This document shows positions 12,395-26,480 of a stretch of 64,000 nt of DNA, piece by piece. Source of the stretch: Octopus bimaculoides (Eukaryota); NCBI RefSeq assembly GCF_001194135.2, contig NC_068994.1, positions 16,783,551-16,847,550 of the forward strand, in the 5' to 3' direction. A program made the position numbers and the translations under genes. Numbering within the stretch: the stretch's first letter is position 1; each line of letters begins with the position of its first letter. Below the pieces are notes generated by a model. The model saw only the letters and a program-made list of their open reading frames with translations. It searched no databases and was not told where the DNA came from.

Positions 12395-12607
12395 TAGGAG
12401 GGGGGTACTGAAAAGTTTCTCATTTTAAAGGGTATTGCAAAAGGCTTGGTTGGAGGCCCAACCTTTCAAGTTCTTTTGCAGGGCTTTGAAAAACTGACGG
12501 ACCACTGCAATTAGTGTGTGAATCTGAGAGGGAAATATGTTGAGTAAAATCATAATAAACTGATCATCCTGTATTATCTTTTACTGAAAGCCAGAAGCTT
12601 TTCAGCA
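12395..12607 (+). mobile_element. Mariner-derived MITE (partial)
   Basis: GAGGGGGTACTGAAAAGTT terminus and transposase tail reading CVNLRGKYVE-stop; same family as 44309-44518. Confidence 0.7.
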
Positions 12608-12879
12608 TTGGGATTATCTGGAAAAAAGAAACTGATAAGATAGCAGTGATGAAGTAAATTAAAAAAAAAATCACAGAAAATTTAGAAATGTAGCATATCA
12701 GAACCTTCAACTTAAGAAGCCAGGTTAATTACATACGACAACAGCCATTGCAAGACCGTGTGTCAGTTCAGAAATATTAATCTTTGAATTCTGTAAGACT
12801 AGAAGTGTGGGTCGTAGCTGTCTTCCATATCTCCATCACTGGCTTTTACTTAAATTTTGATTAGTTTTTTCATGGATAG

Positions 12880-13200
12880 AGAAACAAGGAAGTTGGTGTG
12901 TTAAGTGGAAATGTGTGTTTGCATGTAGGTAGGAATCTAAAACTCAAATTACGTTTTCATATTGCTGGGTGCAATGTCTTCAGATCTAAACATGAGCATG
13001 TTCTCAAATTGTGTTTTATAGCACCAAATGTACGATTGCAGCATGTGACAAGTTTCAGGATTTTCGAGCTGGTAGATAGATTTACAAAAGATTTTTTATT
13101 TTTTGTAAGTTTCTTTGTAGATAAAAATGTATTGCCTGTAGTGTATGTAGATTGTCTGTTCATCACCCTGTTTAAGAGGATTATATAAATGGAATTATTA
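12880..13200 (-). mobile_element. Possible Penelope RT/GIY-YIG junction remnant
   Basis: GNTFLSTKKLTKNK...LVTCCNRTFGAIKHNLRTCS loosely resembles PLE YIGETKRNLRTR; weak. Confidence 0.3.
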
Positions 13201-16200
13201 TACAACAGCCTAAATCTTATTTGGTATGTGCAAAAGTGTGAAACTTAAGAAGCAAGGTTAGTTTTGTTCTTTTATAAGCCAATCTGAAGCTAACACTAAA
13301 TTGTAACAAAAACTGACATTTTGTGCTGCAGTTACCCCTGTCTTAGCATCTACCCACAGTAAAACTTAAATTTTTATTGTATGCACATCTTTCATTGTAT
13401 TTCTGCTGTTTCTGCTGCTCATCATCATCACAAGTCTTTATTATTTGCATATTTTGATAGCTTGGAAAATTGTTTTAACTTCCACTTTTCCATGCTTGCA
13501 TGTGTCAGACAGTTTATTGCGTCAGATTTTCTATGGTCAAATGATGCCCTTCATGTTGCCAACCCTCACCTATTTCCAAGCAAGGTAACATTTCCACATG
13601 GCCAGACATGGTTTCATGGAATATTGAAAATGTATGACAATGACACACATTTACAACTACAATATTTCAAGACCAGGAGACCCACATACCCACCAGTAAT
13701 ATACCAAAATTTGAAGTGTTTTAACCATTTGTTTAAGAGGGCTCTACTGTAAAGCATATTTTCTTTCGTATAAAATGCTAACATCTTTAAGGCAATTATT
13801 TTTTTCCCCCACAGACACACACACACACATACATTTTTTTATTTTGTCAAGATAAGCTCCAGATATTATAGAAATATTTAACTCTTGATTTTTGCAGTGT
13901 AAAGTAACTCTCTCCCAAATAAAATTGTTTTATATAATGAAAAAACTTCCATGTAAACTAGGGTTCTGATAAGCCCAACAAAACTCCTGCAGAATTACAC
14001 AGAATTATATTTTGTCCAGAAAATACAACTAAAGGCCTTTACTGAATTTGAACAAATTCCCCATGAGCTAGCTGGTAGTCCAATGCTTTATCCACTTGAC
14101 ACTCTATTGCTATTTAGTCTATTGTTGTTTAGCCCTTGAACTCATTTTCAATTATTATCCTTGTTTTTCATTGTATTGAGGAAGGTCGAGTTCCATATTA
14201 AACTTCTGTGAATGCTTGTTCAAAGTCCCTCTCCTTTTACTATTTCTAAATCACTTTAACCCTTTAGCATTCAGATTACTTTGTCAAATATAATGTTTAT
14301 TTATTTACATTGTTTTGAATTAATCATGCGTTGTCTTGTAGCTTTAAGATTTCAATGAAGTAATTGTTTATTTTTAGAATGACATTGTATGATAGATGTG
14401 AGAGGCCAGATCTGGTTGATTTGAACATAAAACATAAAGAATTATTTTGGTTGGATATGACTGGTTTAGATGATTATTGGTATTTTTGTGCTAATTTTTC
14501 TGTACATGTTTTGTTAAAGCATTTGATGTAAGATATATAGACCAAATTCAAGCAAAGCTGGATGCTACTCCAGAATTATTGGTAGTTTACTACCTTTTTA
14601 ATATTTTGACTATTTAGAAAAATATATTGACTATCCCTTAGAATGAAAATGAATTTAAATACACTTTAAAGTATGTTAAAACAATTTCTGTTTGCCACTG
14701 TTGAGCAGTGTTAACCAGCTTGAAAAGAACTGCTTTGTGGTAAAGTGCATGACTTGTGGAATTTCTGAAATGGCTGAGTGAACAGGTCATTAGCTTATGA
14801 TTTTTTTTCAATATTTCATTACTGGTTGCTATAGTTTAGTCTTTGAGTAAGTTATTTAACTCTTGTTGGTACAATTCATTCAATTGATGAACATCTAAAA
14901 TGAATATTATTTCCTATATTGCACAACTTGACTTTGCAAGTTGTTAGGTGATTAACTATTTCAAAATTTTCAGATAGCTATGAAATAAAGAAGAAATAAA
15001 TACAATCTGTGATGATGTTACATAGCAGACCCCCAAACATTTTTAAGAACATATTAACACTTTGTCCTGTGTATCAAATGTGATACACAAGACATATTTC
15101 CTTGACATTCTCAATTCTTTTCAACCACCAGAGTAAATTGTGACTTGTGAAAAGGAAAACTTTATATTACTCAGAACATATGAAACAAAAGGCTAACTAA
15201 AATTTAAATGCAAGCATAGTTGTTTAGTACAAATTTATGAAAATGCTTTTGACAAGCAAAGGGTTAAAGTAATAATGTGTTTAATTTCTTGTTACCTACT
15301 CCCTTTGTACTGGGTTGTTTTTGTTATTTAAACTTGTGTATCGATGATAGATAATTGCTTCTTTGTGTTACAGTCTTTAATACTGACCAAGAATTGTTGC
15401 TCTCCTCTGTTTTTTCAGGTCTGTTAAAAATATGGCTTTGATGAGGTACTATAACAGCTGATGATGATGATGACTTTATTAATTATCACTGTTTATAAAG
15501 AGTGTTGTTTTAGGGTCAAGGATATGTAATTTTTTTTGCTCTTAAACAGAATGTCTCTTGTAATTTTGGACATTTTTATATATTCTGAGCAAATGTTTTT
15601 ACAGCTGAACTTGTCTCATCCTATTGCTGAGCATGATTTTTAAAAATGGGATAGGTGCTTGTCTTCTGCCAGAATGAAGCAAACAATTATCACATGCTCT
15701 TTCCTGAATAGTGCAGGCTTGTATTCATGGCCACAAAGATCATTTTTTTGTAATCAGGAAGTACATTTATTTTCTAAATTCAAGAAAATTGGTTCTCCCT
15801 TTTATGGGTGCTAATGTATACAATCCAAAGTATGTGGTTGTTGAACCAAGTGCTCAGTTCATTTGCATCACTAAATTCTGTTGAGAGAAGCATAAACATC
15901 ATAATTTTACTACTTACAGGAAACTTTTGCAAGCTTTAAACTTTTGTACTCTCTCATAAATCAGCAAAGTATGTCATTTGACAATATTACATTCAGATAA
16001 AATATGACCATAGTGCAAAACATTAACCTTTTAGCATTTAAACCAGCCAAAATATTCTCCATGTTTTATGTTCAAACTGGCCACATTTGGCCTCTCACAC
16101 CAACCCTACAATGTCTTTCTAAAAAATTGTTACCTTATCAAAACCTCATAACTACAAGATAATGCATTATTAATTCACAACACTGAATAAATAAGAATTA

Positions 16201-16361
16201 CTTTTGACAGAATAATGTGAATACTAATTGGCTGAGGTACTTTGAATGGGAGTTAGAATCTCTCTTGCAAGGAATGCATTGTCTTTTTTGGTTTTGTTCC
16301 TAACTTATCTAAGATCTGCACCTAAATCTTATTTCCTAATCATTTTATAATTTTGATGTTC

Positions 16362-17470
<1,109 letters not shown>

Positions 17471-17984
17471 ATGTACATACTTACATCTACATGTGTATAT
17501 AGATGCATATCAAGGTACAGGATGTTAGAAAAATGAACTACAGACAACGGAACGAACACATAGGAAAACAGATAGCCACTTGGAATTATTCCTTCATCAG
17601 CTGCCTCTATTCTAACTAGGCGTTTCGAAGATAAGGCAGATATATATATATAGTCTCTAAGTTCAAACATTGCTACAGCTGGTATTATGTCCATAAACAA
17701 GAGTGAGGAGATTGGCTTCAGTCTGCTTTACTGAAAAGTAGGTATCACTTTTACTTCACTAGTGAGGTGATCAAGCTAATGTAAAAGAATGAGAAACAGT
17801 TTAATAATAATTACTTTCGATTAGACAGAAGACTAAATTATTTAAATCAACTCCAGCATATTGAGGCCTTACAATTGCTACAATGTGAGGGGCGTAATTA
17901 GGGGAATGAAACTCAGTACATGCCTAGAACTAAATTTTATTGAACTCCACCCCCATAAAAGAATAAAAAAAAAAGTTGATTGTT

Positions 17985-18365
17985 GAGGAGTGTTTGGCAC
18001 TCCGTTGCTTACGACGTCGAGGGTTCCAGTTGATCCGATCAACGGAACAGCCGGCTCGTGAAATTAACGTGCAAGTGGCTGAGCACTCCACAGACGCGTG
18101 TACCCTTAACATAGTTCTCGGGGATATTCAGTGTGACAAGGCAGACCCTTTGAATTACAGGCACAACAGAAACAGGAAGTAAGAGTGAGAGAAAGTTGTG
18201 GTGGAAGAGTACAGCAGGGTTCGCCACCATCCCCTGCCGGAGCCTCGTGGACCTTTAGGTGTTTTCGCTCAATAAACACTCACAACGCCCTGTCTGGGAA
18301 TTGAAACCGCGATCCTATGACCGCGAGTCCGCTGCCCTAACCACTGGGCCATTGGACCTCTACGA
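17985..18365 (-). mobile_element. Young, CpG-rich tRNA-derived SINE
   Basis: Minus-strand head TGGCCCAGTGGTTAGGGCAGCGGACTC...GGTTTCAATTCC (A and B boxes); retains many CpGs unlike the flanks. Confidence 0.8.
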
Positions 18366-19979
18366 GGAGTGGAATTAAGTACTAAAAGGCATTGTAGCCA
18401 AGTGGTCTACCTTGGAATTTGATCTCAGAATGAGATAACGTAAAACTAAATACTGTCTTGTATTTAATTTGATGCACTACTTTATATTTTGAAGTTTCAC
18501 AAGGGTTTCTACTTCACTACCAGTTGCATCTCCATCTTTCAAAGGTGTGTGGCCTTGTCTTTTGTGGGATGTAGAAATGTTTGTTTGCTACATCAGCTTT
18601 GAGTTGGAGTGGTTTGTGGTATTGTTCCTCATCTGTTTCTTGTGAAGAGTAAAGTGCATTGTGAGTTATTTCATTGACTGGTGATTGTACTGAATGTGTG
18701 CTGTTTAGGTTGTTTGAGATTATTCCTGTTAATTATTCTACATGGTTTATTTAACATGTTGGTGCTGCATTAAAAGCAGCCAGCACACACTGTAAAGTGG
18801 TTGGCATTAGGAAGAGCATCCAATGATAGAAACCAAGCCAAACCAGACAGGAACCTGGTGCAGCTCTCTTGCTTGCCAGCTCTGGTCAAACCATCCAGCT
18901 CATGCCAGCATGGAAAACAGATGTTAAAGTATGATGATTTTAGAACAGTCTATTTAATAAATCCAAAATGTACATCCACATATATATATACACCTAAGTA
19001 TTTATTCCATGAAGATATGCTGAAGCCTTTTAAACACAAAGAAATTGGTTCTTAGTTTAGCATTGTATTGTGCCCTAAGTGGTATCTCAGTGTCTCATTG
19101 TTTGTTGAGGCCAGGCTGACATAACAATAATAATCAGTTTTACAATCAGTGCTACTATATACTTTAGATAATTTGTTGTATCAACATTTTGAGAACATTA
19201 TTATTATATTAACATTTTCTGCTTAAATGGGATTATTATACATGGTTCATGTGAATAGAGTAGAGTTCAGTGCTTGTGTATTTATTTGTGTGTGTTATGT
19301 ATTTTGATGTAATCTCAAGTATTTAGCAACAATTCTGCTTTACACCTCCAACTTTAAAGCAAACAACAGTGCAGCTGTCTCAATCTAATCTGTTCTTGGG
19401 CAATATGACAAATGTAATGGCATTATAGCAAGCAAGGGCAGCGTTTGCTTAATTGGGTACTGCATTTTTTTATTTTCAGCATTATCATAGTATTGCAGGC
19501 TAAACGATTGAAACAATATTAATAAAATTACATTGAGAAATAAGTTAGACATTAAAAATGGGATAGGAAAGTAACTTAATTTCAAAGGCTCATTTATATA
19601 TATATATATACATATATATAATTTAATTTAATTTAATTTATACTTTTGTATATTTTTGTTAGGAATGGACTGGTTGTTGAAGTGTTAGTTTGAGACTCTA
19701 ATTATTTACCTATTGAGCAACTCACCACTGGTATTATTTTGAAACCATATCAGCCTAATTATTGAGTCTTGTGGCTAAATTCCAACCTTTGAACTGCAAA
19801 TGCTTATCTTTACTGTTGGCAAATGTATCAGTCGTAAGATTTTGAAATACTTTTCTTTTCTTCTGTGCAAAGTTGTTTAGTCTTTTCATTTTTATTTATT
19901 TATTTATTTATATTTCTGATATAATATTGCTCCACATTTCAGAGTGCAAATTATTTTGCTAAATCTGCTACAAAACTAC

Positions 19980-20365
19980 ATAGGCACAGGTGTGTCTCTG
20001 TGGTAAGAAACTTGTTTCCCAACCACTTGGTTTGGGGTGGTTCAGTCTCACTGCATGGCACCTTGGGCAAGTGTCTTCTACTATAACCTTGGACTAACCA
20101 ACCCCTTGTGAGTGGATTTGGTAGACAGAAACTGAAAGAAGCTGATTGTGTGTGTGTGTTTGTATCTTTCCCCCCCCCCCCACTGCTTGACAACCAGTGT
20201 TGGTGTGTTTATGTCTCCATAACTTAGCAGTTCGGCAAAAGAGACCAATAGAATAAGTACCAGGCTTTAAAAAAAATAAGTACTGGGGTCACTACGTTTG
20301 ACAAAAAGTTCTTCAAGGCTGTGCCTCAACATGGCTGCAGTAATGACTGAATCAAGGAAGAGAGA
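19980..20365 (+). mobile_element. SINE family A
   Basis: Full-length copy. Further partial copies at about 8920-9030, 12240-12390, 21420-21630, 29670-29790, 32945-33115, 35070-35235, 40530-40690 and 46480-46610. Confidence 0.88.
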
Positions 20366-22689
20366 TGAGTTACGAGTTTTATGGTAATTAAATGATTTGC
20401 TCCTGAAAGTTTTATTTTTATAGTGTACAAAGCTACTCTTATAAGCTGTTTATTTGGTTTGCGACCTTCCATTTGCATATGGTTTTTGACAGTTCTTAAG
20501 TTCTTAAACCTAAATTGTAATTACATTTTGAAAATGACATGAATATTTGATAGTTAGTTTGTCCCTATACCACAGAAAAAGAAAAATGAGACTGATTTTT
20601 GTTCTAAATCATTCTGATTGAGCTAGCATAAGATGAAAGCTAGTCCTGTTGTGGCCATCTCATCTTTATCTAAAATCTAGCTGTGTTTTTTTTTTTTTTG
20701 TGTTTTCAACTCTTTTGATACCAACCTGCTTCTATGATACAAATTTTCTATATAAAGTGATCTAAATTAAAATTTCCCATTAAAATCCTTGTTAATTTAT
20801 GTTCCAATTACCACCTTTGTAATGACCAAGATATTTTTTCTCCAAATTATTATTTTCAAAATTAATCGAAACAAATGCAATATAGTTCAACAGAAATATG
20901 GTAACAAATGAGTTTTAAGACTGTAGGATGTGATTTGAGGAAGATTTAGCTGCTGTTTCTAGGCGCTTGAATGACCACCTGATTTTCTCATTGTCTTGTG
21001 AGAATGTCTTGGATATTAAGCAGGTCTTTGTTTTCAACAGTAGATCTTGTTTATTTATTTACTATATTTAAAGAAAATATCTTTTTATGACAGACAAAAA
21101 TCAATACTTGAAAGCTAGAAATTACCTGAAATACAAACATTGAAACAGCTGCATCAATTTTCAGAAACAAAAGATTTGTAAGCATTGCTTCTTGATAGAA
21201 TGTTAATGTTTTCATAACTATCACTAGATATGTAAAATTGATGTTTACAAAGGATAATCACTAAATCATTTCTTGTAGCTGGATTTTGTTTTCTGTTAAC
21301 TTATTGGCTCTGCTTTGTTAAGAACTCTTTGTTTATTAGCCCATGTCTTATAAAAAGCATGTTCTTTTATCTTGCTTCGCTCATTAAACTGAGGTACCAT
21401 CTTGAAAACATTTTTAGTTACATAAATTGAACTTAGTACTTTTTTTTTTTTTTTTAAAGTCTGGTACTTATTCTATTGGTCTCTTCTGCCAAATTGCTAA
21501 GTTATGAGGATATAAACACACCAACACTGGTTGTCAATGGTGGGGGAGGCACAAACACACACACACATAATAGGGCTTCTTTCAGTTTCCATCTATAAAA
21601 TCCACTCACAAGCCTTTGGTCAGCCCATGGTGCTGACCAAAAATAACACATACACGCATTATGTATATTTGTGTGGTGAAAAGGTGGACATATTCATTTG
21701 ATAAAATGAACAACAGACCAAGTACTTGAATGCCAATCCCTCAGCATGGCTACAGCCCATGACTATCCACTAGAAGAATACAGTTTTTAACTGTAATTCA
21801 AATAATCTTTAGGCATGGTTATACACTAAATTATCTTTCTTTTTTTTTTTAAGTCAGTAGTATTTTTGTAACTTCTTTTTCAGATTCTTGAATTTTGAAG
21901 AGGGAAAATTATATTGTAAAAGAAAAGAAAAAAAAACTTTAAATGAGTTCTTAATGATGAAAATGTTCTATAAGTTCTTAGTAGTAGCATTGTTAGGCCA
22001 TGTATGAAAGGCTTCTTTCATGCAATGCTAAAAGTGAGTCACCCTGTTGGAGTGCATCTCACTTTATGTGAAAGACAACTATGTCAAGTGAAATTGCTCA
22101 AAGGGGAACTGAAATTTGGTTGCTAACTTGGTTCACTAGTAACTTCATTTTGCTCTTATTAAGTACATGCACATGCTTGAATTGTTTCTCCATTCGTTTG
22201 TTTTTCAGCTAGGATAGTGTGAACTAACTGCCCTTGTACAAATGTAATTTATGAAGAGATCATTATAAACCAACTAGAAATAATTATCTGGTAAGAAAAA
22301 AAACAAAACAAAAAACAAAACCCAGTCAAATGACAAAAATATTTTTTTCGTTTTTTATCAGCATGTTTTGGTCTTGTTCTGATCTCATCTGTAAAGCATA
22401 GCCTTTGCCATACTTGCTGAAGTAGTGATGAGACAACTAAGTAAATGTACAAAATTATATATTAGTTGACATAAAAAAATAGCATTCTTTTGAGAATAAA
22501 TGATTGATGTCATACTCATGAAAAATTGTTCAATTCGTGTAAACATTTAATCCAGTGAATTAGAATTAAATATGTGCTAAGGAAAAGACTTAGCCTCCAT
22601 CCTGACATTTTCTCTGGTTACCATACTTCATTCATTTTTGTATCGCATGTCTATATTAGTATAAGTAAGTAAAATCCCTAGCTGGTGAC

Positions 22690-22985
22690 CAGAGTAGGAG
22701 GCTGTCCTGTCAACCAATACACTGTTGTGGGTTCTGCTGGATGACAGACTCTGGTGATGATGTTATTCCACACTTTTCAATCCATGGTGTTGGCCTTAGC
22801 ATGCTCAATGTCGAGGCACCGTGACTTCATGTCTTCCTCAATTTGTTTCACCCATGTCTACTTTGGTGCACTGCACTATATTTTCCAGTGCATGGATTGC
22901 TACTGTCACAAAAGTTCCAGTACTCATCCTGTAGATGTAGCCAAACCACTGTAGTCTGTGCTGCTGGATTTGGTGTTCAATGATT
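22690..22985 (-). mobile_element. RTE-like LINE 3' coding remnant
   Basis: Minus strand IQQHRLQWFGYIYRM...TWVKQIEEDMK...D.KVWNNI, the typical RT C-terminal pattern. Confidence 0.7.
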
Positions 22986-24039
22986 GGCTGTTACACTAAT
23001 GGACTTGAAAATAAGTCATTATCATTATCATTATAGTAAGGAAATTCTGCCATGATAATGTTTGTGTGATGAACTGAGATTACTGAAATTTTACTATAGT
23101 CTTTAACAGTTGTATCAATAGATATGTTGGCAGAAAGCTCAATAATTCATATCTTATCAGTGCTTCTCAAGATTTTTGAATATACTGATATCCATCCAAT
23201 TGTGAGTGTCATAGATATGCATCCTAGAGATGTGAGTGGTGAAAGCATTTCCTAATTGACTAGTATTACAATTTCTGACTTCAGACTCTCCAATGAATAT
23301 TATCCAAAGAAGGATAAATCTTACAGAATGACTTGTCTTAGATATACAACATGGAAATGAAGCCTTCAAGTGGAAGGTAGCTCTACAAACACAATAGGTA
23401 TAGGATTTACATATCTGATTGATGTGCTAGGTAGTAGGGTTTAAATGACACTTTTATAGTGCTACCTTTCTCATTTTGTCACTTAATATTTTAAAACAAA
23501 GCTATTTCTTATATTGTGGGGTTTTTTTAGAGTCTATCTTTTCTTTGTCTATGCCAGACATCCTACACCCTCTTCCTCAATCCATTCTTTTTATCATCTC
23601 TTCATTCCTCTCATCTTTTGCATGCATCAACCAATTCTTCTAATATGAAATGATCTGGTTATATATACTACCAGTTCTAGAAAAGCTTGCAAGCCAGTTA
23701 GAAATGTACCAAGTGAAATAAGACCCAGATTGACACTATTCTAAGTAGAGAGAGAAAGAGAGAGAGAGAGAGTATTAAAAACAGATGGTCTAGATAGAGC
23801 ACCAGGTGAGGAATGTTTGATTTGAGATATGATATTGATAATGGCAATTTGTAGGTGGTCTATGGGGAAGTGTGTGTTACAAAAACACTGACAGTGAAGC
23901 TGGGGTTGTTTAAATAGATGACTTAGTGTGAATAAGATTTGCTGACTGGGGGTATATAGTTTGGCTATTTTCAGTCTTACAATGTTTGAAGTCCTAAATT
24001 CTCTTCCTCCCTCCCTCATCCCTCTCTCTTTCACATACA

Positions 24040-24262
24040 TGAATCAATTGAAATTTATCAGACTTATTTAAATGGTGGCATTTGCACTTTAAGGTGAAAA
24101 GTTTTGTAACTCTACAAAGTGATGGGCATTGGGGTAGACTCTTTTGTAGGCTCTAAGAAAAGTTTTAGCCTAATCAAACAACTCAAAATATAAGCTTAAG
24201 AACATTTGAGGTCACTGTTACTTGGTTATGCTGATGAGAAGAAAAATCTGTCAATTGAAAGG
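24040..24262 (+). mobile_element. Very old hAT C-terminal remnant
   Basis: KSFSLIKQLKI..EHLRSLLLG...NLSIE resembles ERSFSKLKLIK..LRS...LSIE; multiple stops. Confidence 0.4.
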
Positions 24263-25785
24263 TAATTCTATAGTCTAGATCAGGGGTCACCAAATGTGGG
24301 TTGGATAACTGAGAGAATAAGTGCGGGCTGCATAACCATTTTGTTCAATTCAATAAGGTGAATACACAAAAAAAAATAGAGACAACCAACATAGTTATTT
24401 ACCAAAAAGTTATCAAAGAAGATGAACATATTGATACGTGTTTGTGTTTATATATATTTATACCTTTTCTATTGAATGCCTAGTTATATCCAATGTAGAC
24501 CTATTGGACATTTACATTTATGTTAAGTGATCCTGTTATGGATCATATTAGACAAATGTTAGTCACTCAACTGAAGACTAAGTAGGGTTACCCACCCGAT
24601 CTACTTGGTTGGCGGGCGGCTCAAACATATCTGCATGAAGGCGTAAATAGATCAATAGGGGTTGTGGGGAATTAAAGGCACTTCATTTGGTACCTGTAGA
24701 TGTGTAAAACTAACAGGAAATAATTGAGAGAAATGGCTGTTGTCCTCTATGGTGCTACTTGTTTATTATAAACACATATCTAGTTGAAATATTTCTTTAT
24801 TTTTAGAATTTGTTAGCTGTAGTAATTTGATAAATGTTTTTTTGTTTGTTTTCTCTTAGATTTAACCCTAATGTCTTGTTACTACAATGACAATTTTATT
24901 GTAGTCGAGTATAATTGAGGGGAAAAAAAAAACCACCCGGTTAAAAACTCACAAGGGTTTGGATCTTGTGAATCCTGTCCCGGGTAACACTTATTGATCT
25001 TTTGGCTGAGAAGAGCACACGTTTTGTGCTCTAATTGCATATGCTGTAGTTTACTCTGCCGTTTCAGTCAGAATTTGGGCACTGACGCTATAATCAAATG
25101 AAACCAATTCAGAGCATCCGTTTTGGTCGACTCCAAATTACTAAAGCTGTGGTGAATTAAATTTTTTTTTTTTTTTTTGTTGCCTCCTATTGTATTCCTT
25201 TGAAATGGCTTGGTTTAAGCGTTTGATTTTGAAGTATTTTGGCAGTAATAAACATTTAAAAAAATTTTGTATATTCTTTCTTTACATTCAAAACTTTAGT
25301 GATTCCTCACATCTGTCAGTAGTTGGGTCTTGTTACTTCTGGAACAGCTGGATTGTGGACTCCGTTCACCCTATTATTTATTCTGCAACAAAACTGGGGT
25401 TATTGGTTTGGATATTTATATGAGCAGTTCTATTTAAAGGCAGGTTAATCTAGCCATGTTGGGTAACCCATTTCATCTACATACTTATATACCAACCCCT
25501 CAGCTTGGGAAGGTCTATGTAGGAGATATTGGTGTGGCAGTCACTCCAAGCAAATCTGCTTGATCCGTGGACTGATGTCTCCATGTGTCAATAGACATCT
25601 TCAAGGTGAATTTCATGAGTGTGGCTCGTTCCATACAAGTATAGGTCCTTGCATGCTTGTATTGGTGACTGTTGATTTATAACTTTTAATGTTACAATCA
25701 TGTGAGCTTATAGTGTACCCTTTTAACGATTTTCATTTTTATTGCTGTGAACTTAATTCTTTCAAGATGTAATAAATTTACAAAT

Positions 25786-26015
25786 ATGAGGTGGCTGTTG
25801 CCAGTACCGCCTGACTGGCCTTCGTACTGGTGGCACGTAAAAGCACCCACTACACTCTTGGAGTGGTTGGCGTTAGGAAGGGCATCCAGCTGTAGAAACT
25901 CTGCCAAATCAGATTGGAGCCTTGTGTAGCCATCTGGTTTCACCAGTCGTCAGTCAAATCGGCCAACCCATACTAGCATGGAAAGCAGACGTTAAACGAC
26001 GATGATGATGATGAT
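25786..26015 (+). mobile_element. Retroposon family B
   Basis: Near-identical to 10228-10508, (GAT)n tail. Confidence 0.88.
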
Positions 26016-26089
26016 TTTAGCAGTAAGATAGTTATATCACACACACAGTGCACACATATCTGAATCTCACAAACTAAACTGCAAAAAAA

Positions 26090-26480
26090 GGTTAATGAGA
26101 TTTGTTTAGCTTTAAAGATATCATCAATATTTGCTTTGGGATTGCTGCATCCAACCAAGAGAATTGCTTTCAAATGTTCATGATCAACCTTGTCTGATGT
26201 GTTGACTTCACATACTTCATTTTTGAAAATGTTTGCTCACAAACATAAGTTGTCTCAAACATTGATGCCATACCAGAGGCAAATTTCTTCAACTTTGAAA
26301 ACTCATCATCAGGTAAGCAGTGATGAGAATTCAACAAGTTTTCCATCTCTGTGTTTCTCTTTTAACAAGTCATTTGCTTGCAAATCAATGAGCCCCAACT
26401 GTAGTTCGACTGGCATGTCATCAAGGTTACAATAAAACGGCTTCTAGAACAGAAGAATTTCACTCTCAATTCTGAAAATC
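26090..26480 (-). mobile_element. hAT transposase C-terminal remnant (SPIN/GTF2IRD2-like)
   Basis: Minus strand ELQLGLIDLQANDLLKEKH...LKKFASGMASMFETTYVCEQTFSKMKYVKS...EHLKAILL. A matching terminus CAGGGGTCACCAAA with subterminal GCGGGCTGCAT lies at 24281. Confidence 0.8.

Noticed and set aside
17520-17640. Possible fourth hammerhead (minus strand CTGATGA-A-GGAA(TAA)TTCC, upstream GAAAC, CTGCCT/AGGCAG stem)
   Set aside because: There is no GAAA after stem II and no valid NUH in type I, II or III topology. It may be a decayed PLE end but cannot be called a ribozyme.
18290-18360. tRNA gene
   Set aside because: A and B boxes are present but there is no complete cloverleaf or acceptor stem, and the sequence continues into a SINE body. 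The same applies to 8677-8750.
24841-25160. Telomerase RNA (TAACCCTAA at 24863-71, GAAGAG..GCTCT) or RNase P RNA (TGGCTGAG, AACCAATTCAGA)
   Set aside because: There is no TR-type pseudoknot or H/ACA 3' domain, no CR-I partner for a P4 helix, and no C/D or H/ACA boxes. A 9-mer template match is expected by chance in 64 kb. The 10-nt complement to 18S rRNA (AATCCTGTCC) is also within chance.
26190-26312. Exon with strong donor CAG|gtaagc
   Set aside because: It lies within an antisense hAT transposase remnant, and the phase-2 frame has a stop.
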